A stretch of 64,000 bases of DNA from assembly GCA_013265495.1 (NCBI GenBank), contig MU058650.1, forward strand, positions 27,394 through 91,393, given 5' to 3'. Positions 1 through 10,145 of the stretch are shown here, piece after piece. The translations under genes were made by a program, and so were the position numbers. Origin of the DNA: Vicugna vicugna (Eukaryota). The notes beneath the pieces are model-generated. The model did no database searches, was not told where the DNA came from, and was given only the letters and a program-made list of their open reading frames with translations. Position 1 is the first letter of the stretch, and every line of letters begins with the position of its first letter.

Positions 1-1020
1 ACAGAGGGGAGCTGGAAAGACGCAGGAGGGAAGGAGGCAGGGGGCGTCGGGGAGGGCGCCGCGGAGCGGGAAGCCGGCCGGTCTCCTCGAGCAGGGGAGC
101 AGGAGGATGCAGCTCGCTCTGGGCAGCGGGCTCCAGCCCCGCCGGGCCGAGAAGGGAGAGGCCGCCCAACGATCAGCGGATTGGAAGAGAAACGCAGAGC
201 CAGGGAGGCGGGGTAGGAGGACGATCTCTCCCGCGGGGTCGGGCGGCGGAGTAGAGACCCCAGTCCGGCGCTTCAGAGCTCCCAGCTTTCAACCCGCGCC
301 CCCGGGCTCCAAACAGTGGGGGGCGCCTCAGGTCAGTGAAACGGGGGGCAAAAGGACTCCAAGTCTCAGCGCGCCTACCCGCACAGCAAAAGGGTAAAAG
401 GAAAGAAAAGCATTTTTCTTTTTTCTTTTTTTGAGGCGGGTTTAAATTTCGTGCAGCCCCCAGGGCGGGGCAGGGCCGGGGCAGGGAGCAGGGCACGAGC
501 CATCCGCCCTCGCTCCGCTTCGCCCTCTCGGGCTTTGTCGGCCATTCGGCTCTGCAGCCAAAGCGTCCTCCGCGCCCAGCGCGCGCCCCGACTCACACGC
601 TCGGGCTGCGGCCCCGACGCTGGCGCCGCGGACTTCGGGGGAATCGCGGGGGCTGCGGTGAGCGGTGGCGGCGACGACCTCCGTGCGCCCAGGCGGGCTT
701 GGGGCTGCACCCCGGGCTGGACGTAGGCAGCTCCCGGGGAGTCCCCTCCGCCGGAGCTCCGTGCTCACTCGCCGGTGCCGGAGTGTAAGGAGCGAAGGAA
801 GTTTTAGATTTTTAAAAATTTATTTATTTACGTCATTAATTTTCACAAAGGGCATTTTGTAGGGGCGATCTTTTCAAAGTTTCGTGTGTGTACTGTTGGG
901 CAGTGAGCTTACTGCGATGCAGGCGCTGAAAGCTGGGCCGTGATCAGGGCGTGGGCGCCTGCCAACCGTTGCGGGGGGCGGCCAAGAGAGCCAGGGGGGA
1001 GAAGCCGGTGAGGGCTGGTG
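1..1020. promoter_or_regulatory. CpG island / probable promoter of an unidentified gene
   Basis: Very GC- and CpG-rich sequence against a CpG-depleted background; ATTGG (CCAAT) at ~180-184, GC boxes (GAGGCGGGG ~205, GGGCGGGG ~463) and a G-run cluster at 463-493. No recognisable coding exon. Confidence 0.75.
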
Positions 1021-1139
1021 TGGAAGCCTCCAAAAATTAAGTTGCGTTTTCTTTTTTTTTCAGAATTTTCTCTCATTGTTTTTTTCTAAAAATGCCATGT
1101 ACACTTAAGTATATGGATATACATGGATATACATATGTG

Positions 1140-1910
1140 CTTAATATTTAAGATGTTATTTTTGGCACTACAATTTCCAGATCCATTCAGTTACCTTCTG
1201 ATTGATTTTGCTACACAATGAGAACATGTTCTTGTTAAAGTGCTAGCTGATCAGTGGCAGCTTTTTGCACTGGTTGCAAAGTTTCTCTACCATGTGATTT
1301 CTTTGGTATGTATAAAGGTTAGCTCTCTGGCTGCTGCTTTCCTTACATTGTTACGTTTATATGGTTTCTCTAGAGGGCTGGATTTGGGTATTTCTTTTCC
1401 TTCAGGGCAGTTGTGTTCTGCTAAATCCTCAGTTGTTTACGGTCTGGTAAAATAGTTTCTCTTGAGGGCAGGCCTCATAAAGAAGAATGAAACTTGTGGG
1501 CCTATTTCAAAATAGTTTCCGCCCTGATGGAAGTGAAACCCTTTTTTTTTCCCCCTTGTTTTCTTTGAGAGAACGTGGTAGGAATCCTGAACAGAATTCG
1601 GGGCCCCTCCTAACACTGGGCCCCCTGGAGTTTTTGGCTCTCAGACTGCGGCCCTGAGCCTCCAGCAGCTTGTCAATTACAGTTCAGGTTTCCTCCCTGG
1701 GGGTCCATGCAGGTTTCTGCTTGTGGTTTCTGCCCTGGTAATTAGAGTGTTTGTGTCCACCTGTCTGTCTCTCCAACTTGGGGGCTGGCAATTCGCACTG
1801 TGACCTCATTCTCTGAGGGCTCTAATAAAGGTTACTGATTTTCAGTTGGTCTGATTTTTTACTTGTTTTTAGAGTGACAACTTACAAACTCTTTACATGC
1901 TGAACCATGT
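1140..1910 (-). mobile_element. Old L1 (L1M-type) 5'/ORF1-side fragment
   Basis: Resembles the antisense 5' portion of ancient L1MC/MD elements; recognised by eye. Confidence 0.5.
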
Positions 1911-2189
1911 AAATGAAATGAAAAGTCTGAATTGTCCTCTTCTTATTCCTTTATTTCCTTGAAAGATTTGCTTTTTTCACTTGTTATTAATAAAATAATT
2001 TTCTTCATTTTGTTCTTAATTCCTAATTATTTTTAAGTTTTTATTGATATCTACTTTATTTGAAATAATTTGAAACTTCTGATTTCACTTGGGTTAGCAT
2101 TATTTTAACATTTAATTTATTTTTAAACAATTTTGTTCTCTGCTAGTTTGTTAAAACCCAAGTTCCAATTGTGTAATTACTTTTCTGTT

Positions 2190-3685
2190 TTAGTGAATAA
2201 TGCTCTTGAAATTTTTACAGGCATTGCATTGAATCTGCATAGTAGACATTTTTAACTAATAATTCTTCCAACACACGGATATGAGCTATCTTTCCATTTA
2301 TTTTCATCTTTAATTTCTTTCATCCGTATCATATACTTTTCTATGTATAGAATATTCACCTCCTTGGTTAAATTCATTCCCAAGTATTGCATAATTTTTG
2401 AAGCTATTTTAAATGGGGTTGTTTTCTTGATTTACTTTTTGGATAGAGGATTGCTGGTGTAAAAAAAAAAAACACTACTAGTTTTTGTTGATTTTGTATT
2501 CTGTAACTTTACTAGATGTGTTGGTACTATTTTTAGTTGAGTTTTTAGGGTTTTCTACATTGTATGATTATTTTATCTACGAACGGAGTCAATTTTACTG
2601 CTTTATGTGTAATTTGGATACTTTTTCTTTTGCTTGCTTAATTGCTCTGGCTGGGGCCCCCATGTACTGTGCTGAATAGGAGTGGTGAGAGTGGGCCTCC
2701 TTGCCTTCATAGACTAGAACTTAGGGGAAACCTACAGTTTCCCTGTGCTGATAAGACAATGGGATTATCATAAATGATTTATTATGTTGAGGAATTATTT
2801 ATTCCTTCTGTGCCGATTTTGTTGTTTTTATCATTATTGGATGTTGAACTTTGTAAAATGTTTCCCCTGCATCTATTGAGATGATCATGTGGTTTTTTTT
2901 TTTTCTTTCATTCTGTTTATGTGGTTTATCACATAAATGGTGTAGGTTAAGCAAATCTTGCATCCAGGAGTCCCCCCCACCCCACAAAAAAAAGAAGCCC
3001 ACTTGATGATGTATAACCTTTTCGATGTAATGTTGAATTTGGTTTGCTAGTATTTTACTGAGAACTTTGAATGTGTGTTCCTCAGAGCTGCTGGCCTGTA
3101 GTTTCCTTTCCTTGTAGTGTCCTATCTAGTTCTGTTAGCATGGTGATGCTGATCTCATAAAGTGATTAGGAAGTTTTCTACTTCTGTTTTGGAAGAGTAA
3201 AAAGAATTGGTATTATTTCTTCTTTGAATGTTTGGTAGGATTCAGCTATGAAGCATCTGGTCCTGGGACTTTCTTTGTCGGGAGGTTTTGATTATGACTT
3301 CAGCCTCCAGTGTTACTGGTATGTTAGCCTTTCCAATTCTTCATTCAGACTTGAAAGGATGTATTTTCTAAGAATTGATCCATGTCTTGCAGGATATACA
3401 ATTTGTAGGTATATCATTTTTCCTAATAGTCTCTTACGATCCTTTCTGTATCAGAGGCATCTGTTGTAATTTCTTCTTTTTCATGTATGATTTTATTTGA
3501 ATCTTCTCACTTTTCTTATTCTAAATAAAGGTTTATGTTTATTTTTTCCAGAAAGCACATCTTTGTTTTGTTAAAATTTTCTATTTTCATTTCTCTATTT
3601 CCTTTGTTTCTCTTCTTTATTATTTACTTCATTCTGCTAACTTATTTTGTTCTCGGTATAAAGTTAGATAATTTATTCAGATGCT
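2190..3685 (-). mobile_element. Degraded L1 ORF2 fragment
   Basis: Minus-strand translation includes NHMIISIDAGETFYKVQHPIMIK (L1 RT motif HMIISIDAEKAFDKIQHPFMIK); T-rich antisense L1 composition. Confidence 0.85.
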
Positions 3686-3750
3686 TCTTTTTTTAACTTT
3701 ACGAAGTATGGTTGATTTACAATGTTGTGTTAGTTTCAGGTGTACAGCTC
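3686..3750 (-). mobile_element. Very short L1 3' terminus
   Basis: T-tract followed by GTATGGTTGATTTACAATGTTGTGTTAGTTTCAGGTGTACAGC, the typical antisense L1 3' end. Confidence 0.7.
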
Positions 3751-5514
3751 TTTACATTTCCAGGAGCTCCTCCTGAGTGGAAGGGCAAGAAGGAAGTTGA
3801 GGGGAAATGTGTGTGAGAGGAGTTAAAGTGCAAAGCCCTTTTATTTGAGAACCTAAAGTATTCAAGCTGCCTGGATGCAGGTTTTCACTGGGATTCTCTG
3901 GGCAGGAAGGTGCTATGGGACTGGGGAGGAGGGGAGCCCTGGCGTTGGTCCTGGGGCCTCCATTTCCATTTCTACTGAGAAGATCCATTTCCACCAGTTT
4001 GAGTCTCAGCTGAGCATAGACTTCTGTTGATACAATGACAACACTTGAAATTCTCCAATTTGGCTCCACCCTCTGGGACATTTAAGAAAATCAATTCCTA
4101 AAGCTATAGGAACCGTGGCCTATTTCTCAGGGGCCTTAGAGACTCAGCCCCCAGCCCAGCTCCTGCCTGTCAAGGTTGCTGCCCCCCAGGAGGTCCCAGC
4201 TGACTGGGGTGGGGTGGGTGAAGGCAGACAAATAAAGATGTCCTACCTTGACCCTGAGCTTCCTATAGAGAGATGCCCACCCACCTAGAAGCTTCCCCCA
4301 AGTCTCCTTCAGACAGTGATTTGAAGCAGGGCCTGCAGGGAGGGAAAGTCCTGAGGACTGGAACCCCTGGGGAGGGGAACAGAGTGGGCTGCGAGTGGGG
4401 AGGCTGTCAAGCTGTCACCTGGCTTGCTCCAGCTTTGGTCCCCTCACTGTCCTCCTTTGTCCCAGATGAGACACACCCCTAGGGAGCCCAGGGAGGACCT
4501 AGGCGGCACTCAGTACATAAGACAGGAGGGTGTTGAAAATTCACAGGAATGATACCAGCTCAAGCCAGGAAGGAGAAGGGTAGGAAGGATCTGACCACTG
4601 AGACCTGAGCGTCAAGGGCAGCATGACCCTGATAGGACAGGCCTGGGACTGTGCAGGAGCTTGGACCACAGACTTCCGTCCTGAAAGCTGGTAAAGGAAA
4701 AGGGGCCGTTCCCAAGAGTCTGGAGAGGGATTCTGCTTGATGGCCCATCACTTGCCCTGGCCACCTTGACCCAGTGTCCTACCACCCAGGCCCTCTCCTG
4801 GGCCACCACACTTGGTCCCTGAGGTGGGTGATAGTGGCACGGAAGGTGGTGTCATGTGCTCATTGCCAGGGTTGCTTTTCTGGGACCAGGTGGACCCCTG
4901 GCACTGAGAGGGAACCACTTTCTTTAACACCCACTGGGAGCTGGGAGTTGTCACATGATCTGCCACACCCCACCTCTACGTCCCAGTCAGGGGTCGCCAA
5001 TCGGAGTCAGGGTTCAGGAAGCAGAGGACATGGCCAGAGCCTTGTGGGAACCCCTGGTTTTCTCTTTGTACACTGAGGACACCAGCATCACACTGAAAGT
5101 GAAAATCAGTGCCCATAGGACCCAGTATTGGTGGGTAAAGTAGAAGGGCATTTTTGACAACCCTATTCTCTCATTAGAAGGTAGCTCAATTCTGTTTAAC
5201 CCAAAGGGGCATCTTGCACCCATCCTGATCACCCTCTGGTCTGACTCCTTATTCAGATGCATGTTCAGATACGCATTCGCATTCACAGAATGCACATTAT
5301 GACTTCCCGCTCAGATGCACGTTCCCTGTGGCAGCTACACCCACAGGCGTGTTTGTTTCTCTCCCATGTGGCTAAGTGCACTTCAGGTGTGTGCTGAGTG
5401 CTGGGACAGCTGAGCCCTGGGCCAACTGCTGGGTGACCCTCCGACCTGGCTGCCCACGGTGAGCTCCATCCCCCCACCGGCAGACCAGGCCCTGCCCACT
5501 GTTCTGTCTGTTCC

Positions 5515-5670
5515 ACCTCATTTGATCTGTACAACCACTCTGCAGGATGTCCTGTTATCATCCATCTCTACTGATCTCGGGTGGACAGTGAAGGCTGGGG
5601 TTAAAGGAAGTTGCCCAGGTTGACAGGTGGTGGAGCTGGCGATTTGGACCCTGATCCCAGGAGTCAGGAT
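5515..5670 (-). mobile_element. MIR fragment
   Basis: CTCATTTGATC..ACAACC..TTATCATCCAT...GGTTAAAGGAAGTTGCCCAGG..GAGCTGGCGATTTGGACCC follows the antisense MIR core. Confidence 0.55.
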
Positions 5671-6162
5671 CATGGAAAGGCCGAGGTGGGGCAGCTTACT
5701 ACAAAAGGAAGCCCTGCCCCAAACCCCCTGTGAAAGCCCACCCACTCAGCGCATCCATCTGGCAGAGTGCTTTGCCAGCCTTGGGGGGAGGTGGGGAGTT
5801 AAGACTGCCTTCCTTTTGCCCTTCCTCCTGGTCATGTATCAGGGGCAGGGAGGCTCTGGGGCTGGAGCTGGCTCTGCCTCTCACTTTTGAAGCTGGAGAT
5901 GGAGCACTCACTCAAGTGTAAGATCCCAGCTGCTCCAGCTCAGAGCCCACTCCCACTGGAGCGGATGTGGCTTGTCCCACCACAGGAGCAGCTGGTGGAG
6001 GTGGCACTGACTGCAGCATCAGAGGTGCTGGTAAACACAGAAGCAGGGCTTTCTCCAGGCCCTGAGTTGACCTTTCTTCTGGCTCTTCATAAGCAAGAGA
6101 CTTGGAGCTGGTGCTGGAGCAGAATGAACAGAAGAATTCAACCACAGAGCTAACTTTTATTT

Positions 6163-6173
6163 TGCCTTAACAC

Positions 6174-6217
<44 letters not shown>

Positions 6218-6412
6218 CAAAAAACAAGCAAAACAAAATTGCTGCCTTAGAAAAAATAAACAAACTCGGCCTCTTAACCCCAACTCAGATTGTCTCAGTG
6301 CCTTACCACACACACACACACACACACACAAAAGACAAAAAACAAGCAAACAAAATTGCTGCCTTAAAAAAATAAACAAACTCGGCCTCTTAACCCCAAC
6401 TCAGATTGTCTC
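6163..6412 (+). repeat. Two-copy tandem duplication, each copy containing a (CA)n tract
   Basis: Units 6163-6296 and 6299-6412: TGCCTTA-(CA)n-GACAAAAAACAAGCAAA..CAAAATTGCTGCCTTA..AAATAAACAAACTCGGCCTCTTAACCCCAACTCAGATTGTCTC. Confidence 0.95.
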
Positions 6413-7088
6413 CATTCCCTGCAGTCCCTCTTTATTGGCTTTGCCTCAGTGGAATCAGTCCCTCTGATTCCCAGGGAGGCCAGACCCCTGTCCACAGCTC
6501 TTTTTGACTCATTTCATTCTTCAGGGGAATTTTCCCCAGGGAAATTACTAAAGGGGAGAGCCCCAGGGTTCTGCCAGTCCTGCCCCATCACAGACCCCAC
6601 AAGATTCAGAATCATCTCTGAACATGGCAAATGCGTGGCAGGAAATGCTTAAAAGAGGACACAGTTATATCTTGTTCTTGTCCCAGTCGTGTTCCAGATA
6701 CAAGCATCAAGCCCCTGTTTGGAGGGCAGGGTGATGCATGGCTAGAGAGGCTTTGAACCTTCTGGTCCCCAAAACTGTCAGCAAGTGCAGAATTCCCTTT
6801 TTCCATCCCCTAGGGAAATTTTTCCTAGGGCTCCCTGGCTAGCATTGATTCAGTGTTGGTGCATCAGAACTTCAGAGCACTCAGTGGCAAGAAGGTGGTT
6901 CTGGGGGAAAAATGTGTGTGTGTTGAGCCTGCATTTACTTACACATACACACATTAATGAGCTGTAGAGATGAAGATAGAGATCCATAGGTACCTGAGAT
7001 GTTACGTGTCCTCCATACCATAGACTGTATCTGCGCTGAATGTGCCGAGGGCTTCAATGTCCTCTCTCCTTTGTGTGTTCTCCTTTAG

Positions 7089-7242
7089 ATCACCACCCGA
7101 AAGAGGCCAGGAGGAAGTGGACATTCATCTCACCCTCTCAAACAGGATCCTTGTGCAAGCCTTTGAGAGGGACCACTTTCCTGGCATCGCCCACAGGGAA
7201 GAATTGGTTCATCAAACAGGACTTCCTGTACTTCAAATCCAG
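7089..7242 (+). pseudogene. DUXC: DUXC-like exon encoding homeodomain 2 from the N-terminal arm to the start of helix 3
   Basis: AG acceptor 7087-7088, GT donor 7243-7244; 1-bp frameshift near 7143; RRK(R>W)T.ISPSQT and FERDHFPGI match DUX HD2. Confidence 0.88.
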
Positions 7243-7738
7243 GTAAGTTCTCAGTGGGTGGAATATGATTTGTCCCAAGGTGGGAGGGCCATTTACTCCT
7301 GTGCTGGTGCTGGATAAACGTAGGCTCCTGTTACAGTTTTGGGTGTGTGGGTGGGGGGTGAGGGCTTGGGGCTGTGGGGTGGGGGTGGGTATGATTTGTC
7401 ATAGGAATTCACTGAGGTGGCTGACCTGAAGCCATCCATTTCCAGAAGGGGAGAGGGCGGAGGAGATGCTGGACAGTCTGTGATGGGGCCTGACAGTCTA
7501 GCCAGTCAACAGGGGATCTTTCATAGAAGCCAGGGGTCCAATGTGGCCCTAACGTTGCCCCTCATTTGCAAGGGCCTGGGGCAGGTGGAGGTCAAATCAC
7601 CGGGGGTTGAGGCCTACGAGAAGGCTCTGTCTGGCCCAGTGCCTGCCAGATTGTGGGGAGTGGGGGCAGGGGGAGGCAAATCCATTTGGAATGCCTTGCT
7701 TCTGATGCTACTATCCCCCTTTGTCTCTTCTTCCCTAG

Positions 7739-8523
7739 GTATAGTTTAAGAACCAGAGAGCTCGTCACCCAGAGCAGAGCAGAGGTGGGCCTGGGAAGGC
7801 CGCAGCAGAAGGCCCTGATGCCAGACCAGCCCTCACTGTACCGTCAGACCAAAGCCCCCTGCCCACTGTCCACGACAGCGCTCATCAGTGTCCTCCATCT
7901 GATCCACTGGAGAGCATCCCGTCCTTCTACAGCAGCCCCTCCTTCATCATCCAGCTTCTTTGTGCCTTGTGCTCCCTCTAGTGGCTGATGGGCTGGCCAT
8001 TGATGCTCCTGGTGGTCCAAGCCCCCACCCCGGCTGTGCAGAGTTGAGAACCCTCCACCTCCAGGAATAGTCCCCTGTGGCTCCTCAGCAGGACTGAGTC
8101 CAGAAGGGGGTCTTGCACCCATTCATGCAGCACTCACGCCCTCCACCCAAGGAGGAGCTTGCCTGCACACTCCAGCTCCAAGGCGCCCCTCAGCCTGACC
8201 TCCACAAACCGTGCAGCATCTGGCTCAGCCATGCGCCACCCACTGGGTGATTCTGCAGCCTGAATAGACTGAGACACACACCTGGCAGCAACAGGACCCC
8301 TGAGTGAAGACACATCTCTGCTGGACCCTCAGCACCAGCCCTCAGGCCCAGAGGCTCGCGAGCCTCTTAGATGAACTCTTGTCAGACACAGGGCTTCTGG
8401 AAAAGGCACAGCCCTTCCTGAGTGCCAGCGCCCAGGAAGAGGGACTTGTGGCAAGTTCCTCTGGAAGCACCTCTCAGTGAATACGAACTCCAGGCCCTCC
8501 TGAACATGCTGCCAGGCTCATGA
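7739..8523 (+). pseudogene. DUXC: DUXC-like last coding exon (end of helix 3, Pro/Ser-rich linker, acidic LLxxL activation domain)
   Basis: TAG at 7742-7744 replaces the invariant Trp of VWFQN; LLDELL at 8364-8381; frameshift at ~8460; LEAPLSE..QALL.ML, then TGA at 8521-8523. Confidence 0.85.
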
Positions 8524-8594
8524 GGTAAGGAGATTGGGGATGGGTAGATGGTTTACAATTCTAAATTGGGAGACATGCTGCCAGGCTCATGAGG
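8504..8594 (+). repeat. 22-bp direct repeat flanking a 47-bp insert that matches 28371-28416
   Basis: ACATGCTGCCAGGCTCATGAGG at 8504-8525 and 8573-8594; 8525-8570 is identical to 28371-28416. Confidence 0.95.
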
Positions 8595-8779
8595 GCCTCA
8601 GAGCAGCCATCTGCCGAGCCCCTTTCAGGCTTCCTTTCCTGGGATGCAGAGGCAAGGCTGAGAAGGAGGACAGGAACCAGCAACGCTCCTCGGGCTCAGC
8701 AGTAAGGCCAAGGTGCCCAGACTGTCGGTAGCACTTAGAGAAGGAGGAGGCTCAGAGAAAGGGCCTCCAGTCGGACTGA

Positions 8780-10145
8780 TTACCAGCCCTGCCTTGTGAG
8801 GAGGCTGCGAGCCACTGTGATGGGGCCCAGAGGTCCCGGGGCTAGTGCTGGCCCACTGATGAGCCAGGTTCTGGAGTGGGTGATTGAGGGGCTAGAGGTA
8901 CTGGATGGAGTGTTAGCCTGCTGTCGGGCAGGACCAGCTTTTGACGTGGCTGACTGTGGGGCCTGCAGTGTCCTGGAGTTGGTGTTGGCCCACTGGTGTG
9001 TGGGGCTGGATCTCAGGGCAGGTGGATGAGGGGTCCCAGGTGTCTTGGAGCTGGCATTAGCCTCCTGGAGAGTAGGGCTGGGACCCAGGAGATCCAGAGC
9101 TGATGCCTGCCCACTAGTGGGTGAGGATGGATCCCGGGGCGAGTGTCCTCTCACTGGTGAGTGGGGCCAGCACCTGGGGACTCTGGCTGAAGGGCCTGGT
9201 GATCCTGAAGCTGCCATTGGCTCACTGGTGTGCAGGGCTAAGGCTAGTGCTGGCTCACTGGTGGGCAGAGTTGGATACCAGGGTCTCTGGCCTCAGGGCT
9301 CTTGGGGTCCAGGGTCACGTGCCCATGTACTGGTGTGTGGAGCCAGGTCCTGGACCCTCTGGTGGTCAGGGCCATGTTCTAGGGTAGGTCTTAAGGGTCT
9401 TAAGGAAAGTGGAGCTGTGTCTCTGCCTGGATAGTTGCCTGACCTGAGGCATCCCATTACTGATGTCAATGGCTGGTGGGTAAGGCCAGGTCAGGGCCAG
9501 GTCCTGAGGCCAAAGCGTTTGGGGAAGGATTCAAAAATTGTACTTGCCAGCAACAGTGCTCATAGAACAAGTCCCCCATAATGGCTGCCTCCAGTGTCCC
9601 TATCCTCAGGGTCAGCTTCAGTTGCCTCCTGCCTCTGGGAGACTCCAAGATCAGCAGGCAGGTCTGACCCTGGCTCCTTTCAGATTACTGCTCCTGCCTT
9701 GGGTCATGGAGCATGTGAGCTTTCTGTATGTACCTTTTAAGGATGGGGTCTCTATTTCCCACTGCCCTCTGCCTCTCCCTAAAATCAGCTCTGATGGCCT
9801 TCAAAGCCAAGTGCTCTGGATTATCTTTCCTTCCTGGAGCAGGACCCCAGGCCGGGGAGCTCGCTGTGGGGCTCAGACACCTCACTCCTTATGGGGAGCC
9901 TCTGCAGCTGTGATTTACACCCCCGTTTGTGGGCCGCCCCCCTGGGCGTGTGGGTCTTGACTGTACTGCGTCTCCGCTCCTACTGCACATCGTACTGTGT
10001 TTCCTTTATATCTTCAGTTGTAGAAGACCTTTTCTGCTCATCTTCCTGTTTTTCCAATCGGTAGTTTCTCTGCATGTAATTTGGGTGTGCCTGCGGGAGG
10101 AGGGGAGCTCGGGGCCTTCCCACTCCGCCAGCTTGGCCCCACCTC
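8780..10145 (-). mobile_element. L1 5'UTR (promoter) fragment with internal degenerate repeats
   Basis: Reverse strand begins GAGGTGGGGCCAAGCTGGCGGAGTGGGAAGG..GAGCTCCCCTCCTCCC, like the L1 starts at ~44270 (-) and ~57077 (+); repeated GCTAGTGCTGGCCCACTGGTG-like units at 8840-9270. Confidence 0.7.

Larger units (their letters stand above)
7089..8523 (+). pseudogene. DUXC: DUXC-like (DUX4-family double homeobox) pseudogene, intron-containing; only homeodomain 2 and the C-terminal activation domain recognisable
   Basis: Exon 7089-7242 (after a pyrimidine tract ending TTTAG): HHPKEARRKWTFISPSQT/frameshift/RILVQAFERDHFPGIAHREELVHQTGLPVLQIQ. GTAAG...CCCTAG intron 7243-7738 at the PRD-class helix-3 position. 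Exon 7739-8523: V*FKNQRARHPEQSRGGP...TVPSDQSPL...PSDPLESI...LLDELLSDTGLLEKAQPFL.../frameshift/LEAPLSEYELQALLNMLPGS*. Confidence 0.88.

Noticed and set aside
434..446. CDE/CHR-like GGCGGGTTTAAA
   Set aside because: Spacing between GGCGG and TTTAAA is not the canonical 4 nt.
107..862. Several overlapping 65-111 aa ORFs in the CpG island
   Set aside because: Low-complexity Arg/Gly/Pro/Ala ORFs on both strands are a by-product of high GC; no family match recognised.
4990..5020. TCGGAGTCAGGGTTCAGG, loosely SESRVQ-like
   Set aside because: Requires a frameshift, has no splice donor, and the preceding sequence is not homeobox-like.
3752..5143. ORFs in the GC-rich block as a possible FRG2-like or other DUX-array neighbour gene
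   Set aside because: No recognisable similarity in the translations; short ORFs are expected in GC-rich DNA.
5627..5690. Peptide ELAIWTLIPGVRIM resembling the homeodomain segment ELARETGIPESRIQ (possible DUXC HD1)
   Set aside because: Lies within a MIR-like sequence, has no upstream NPYP motif and no GT donor at the expected position.
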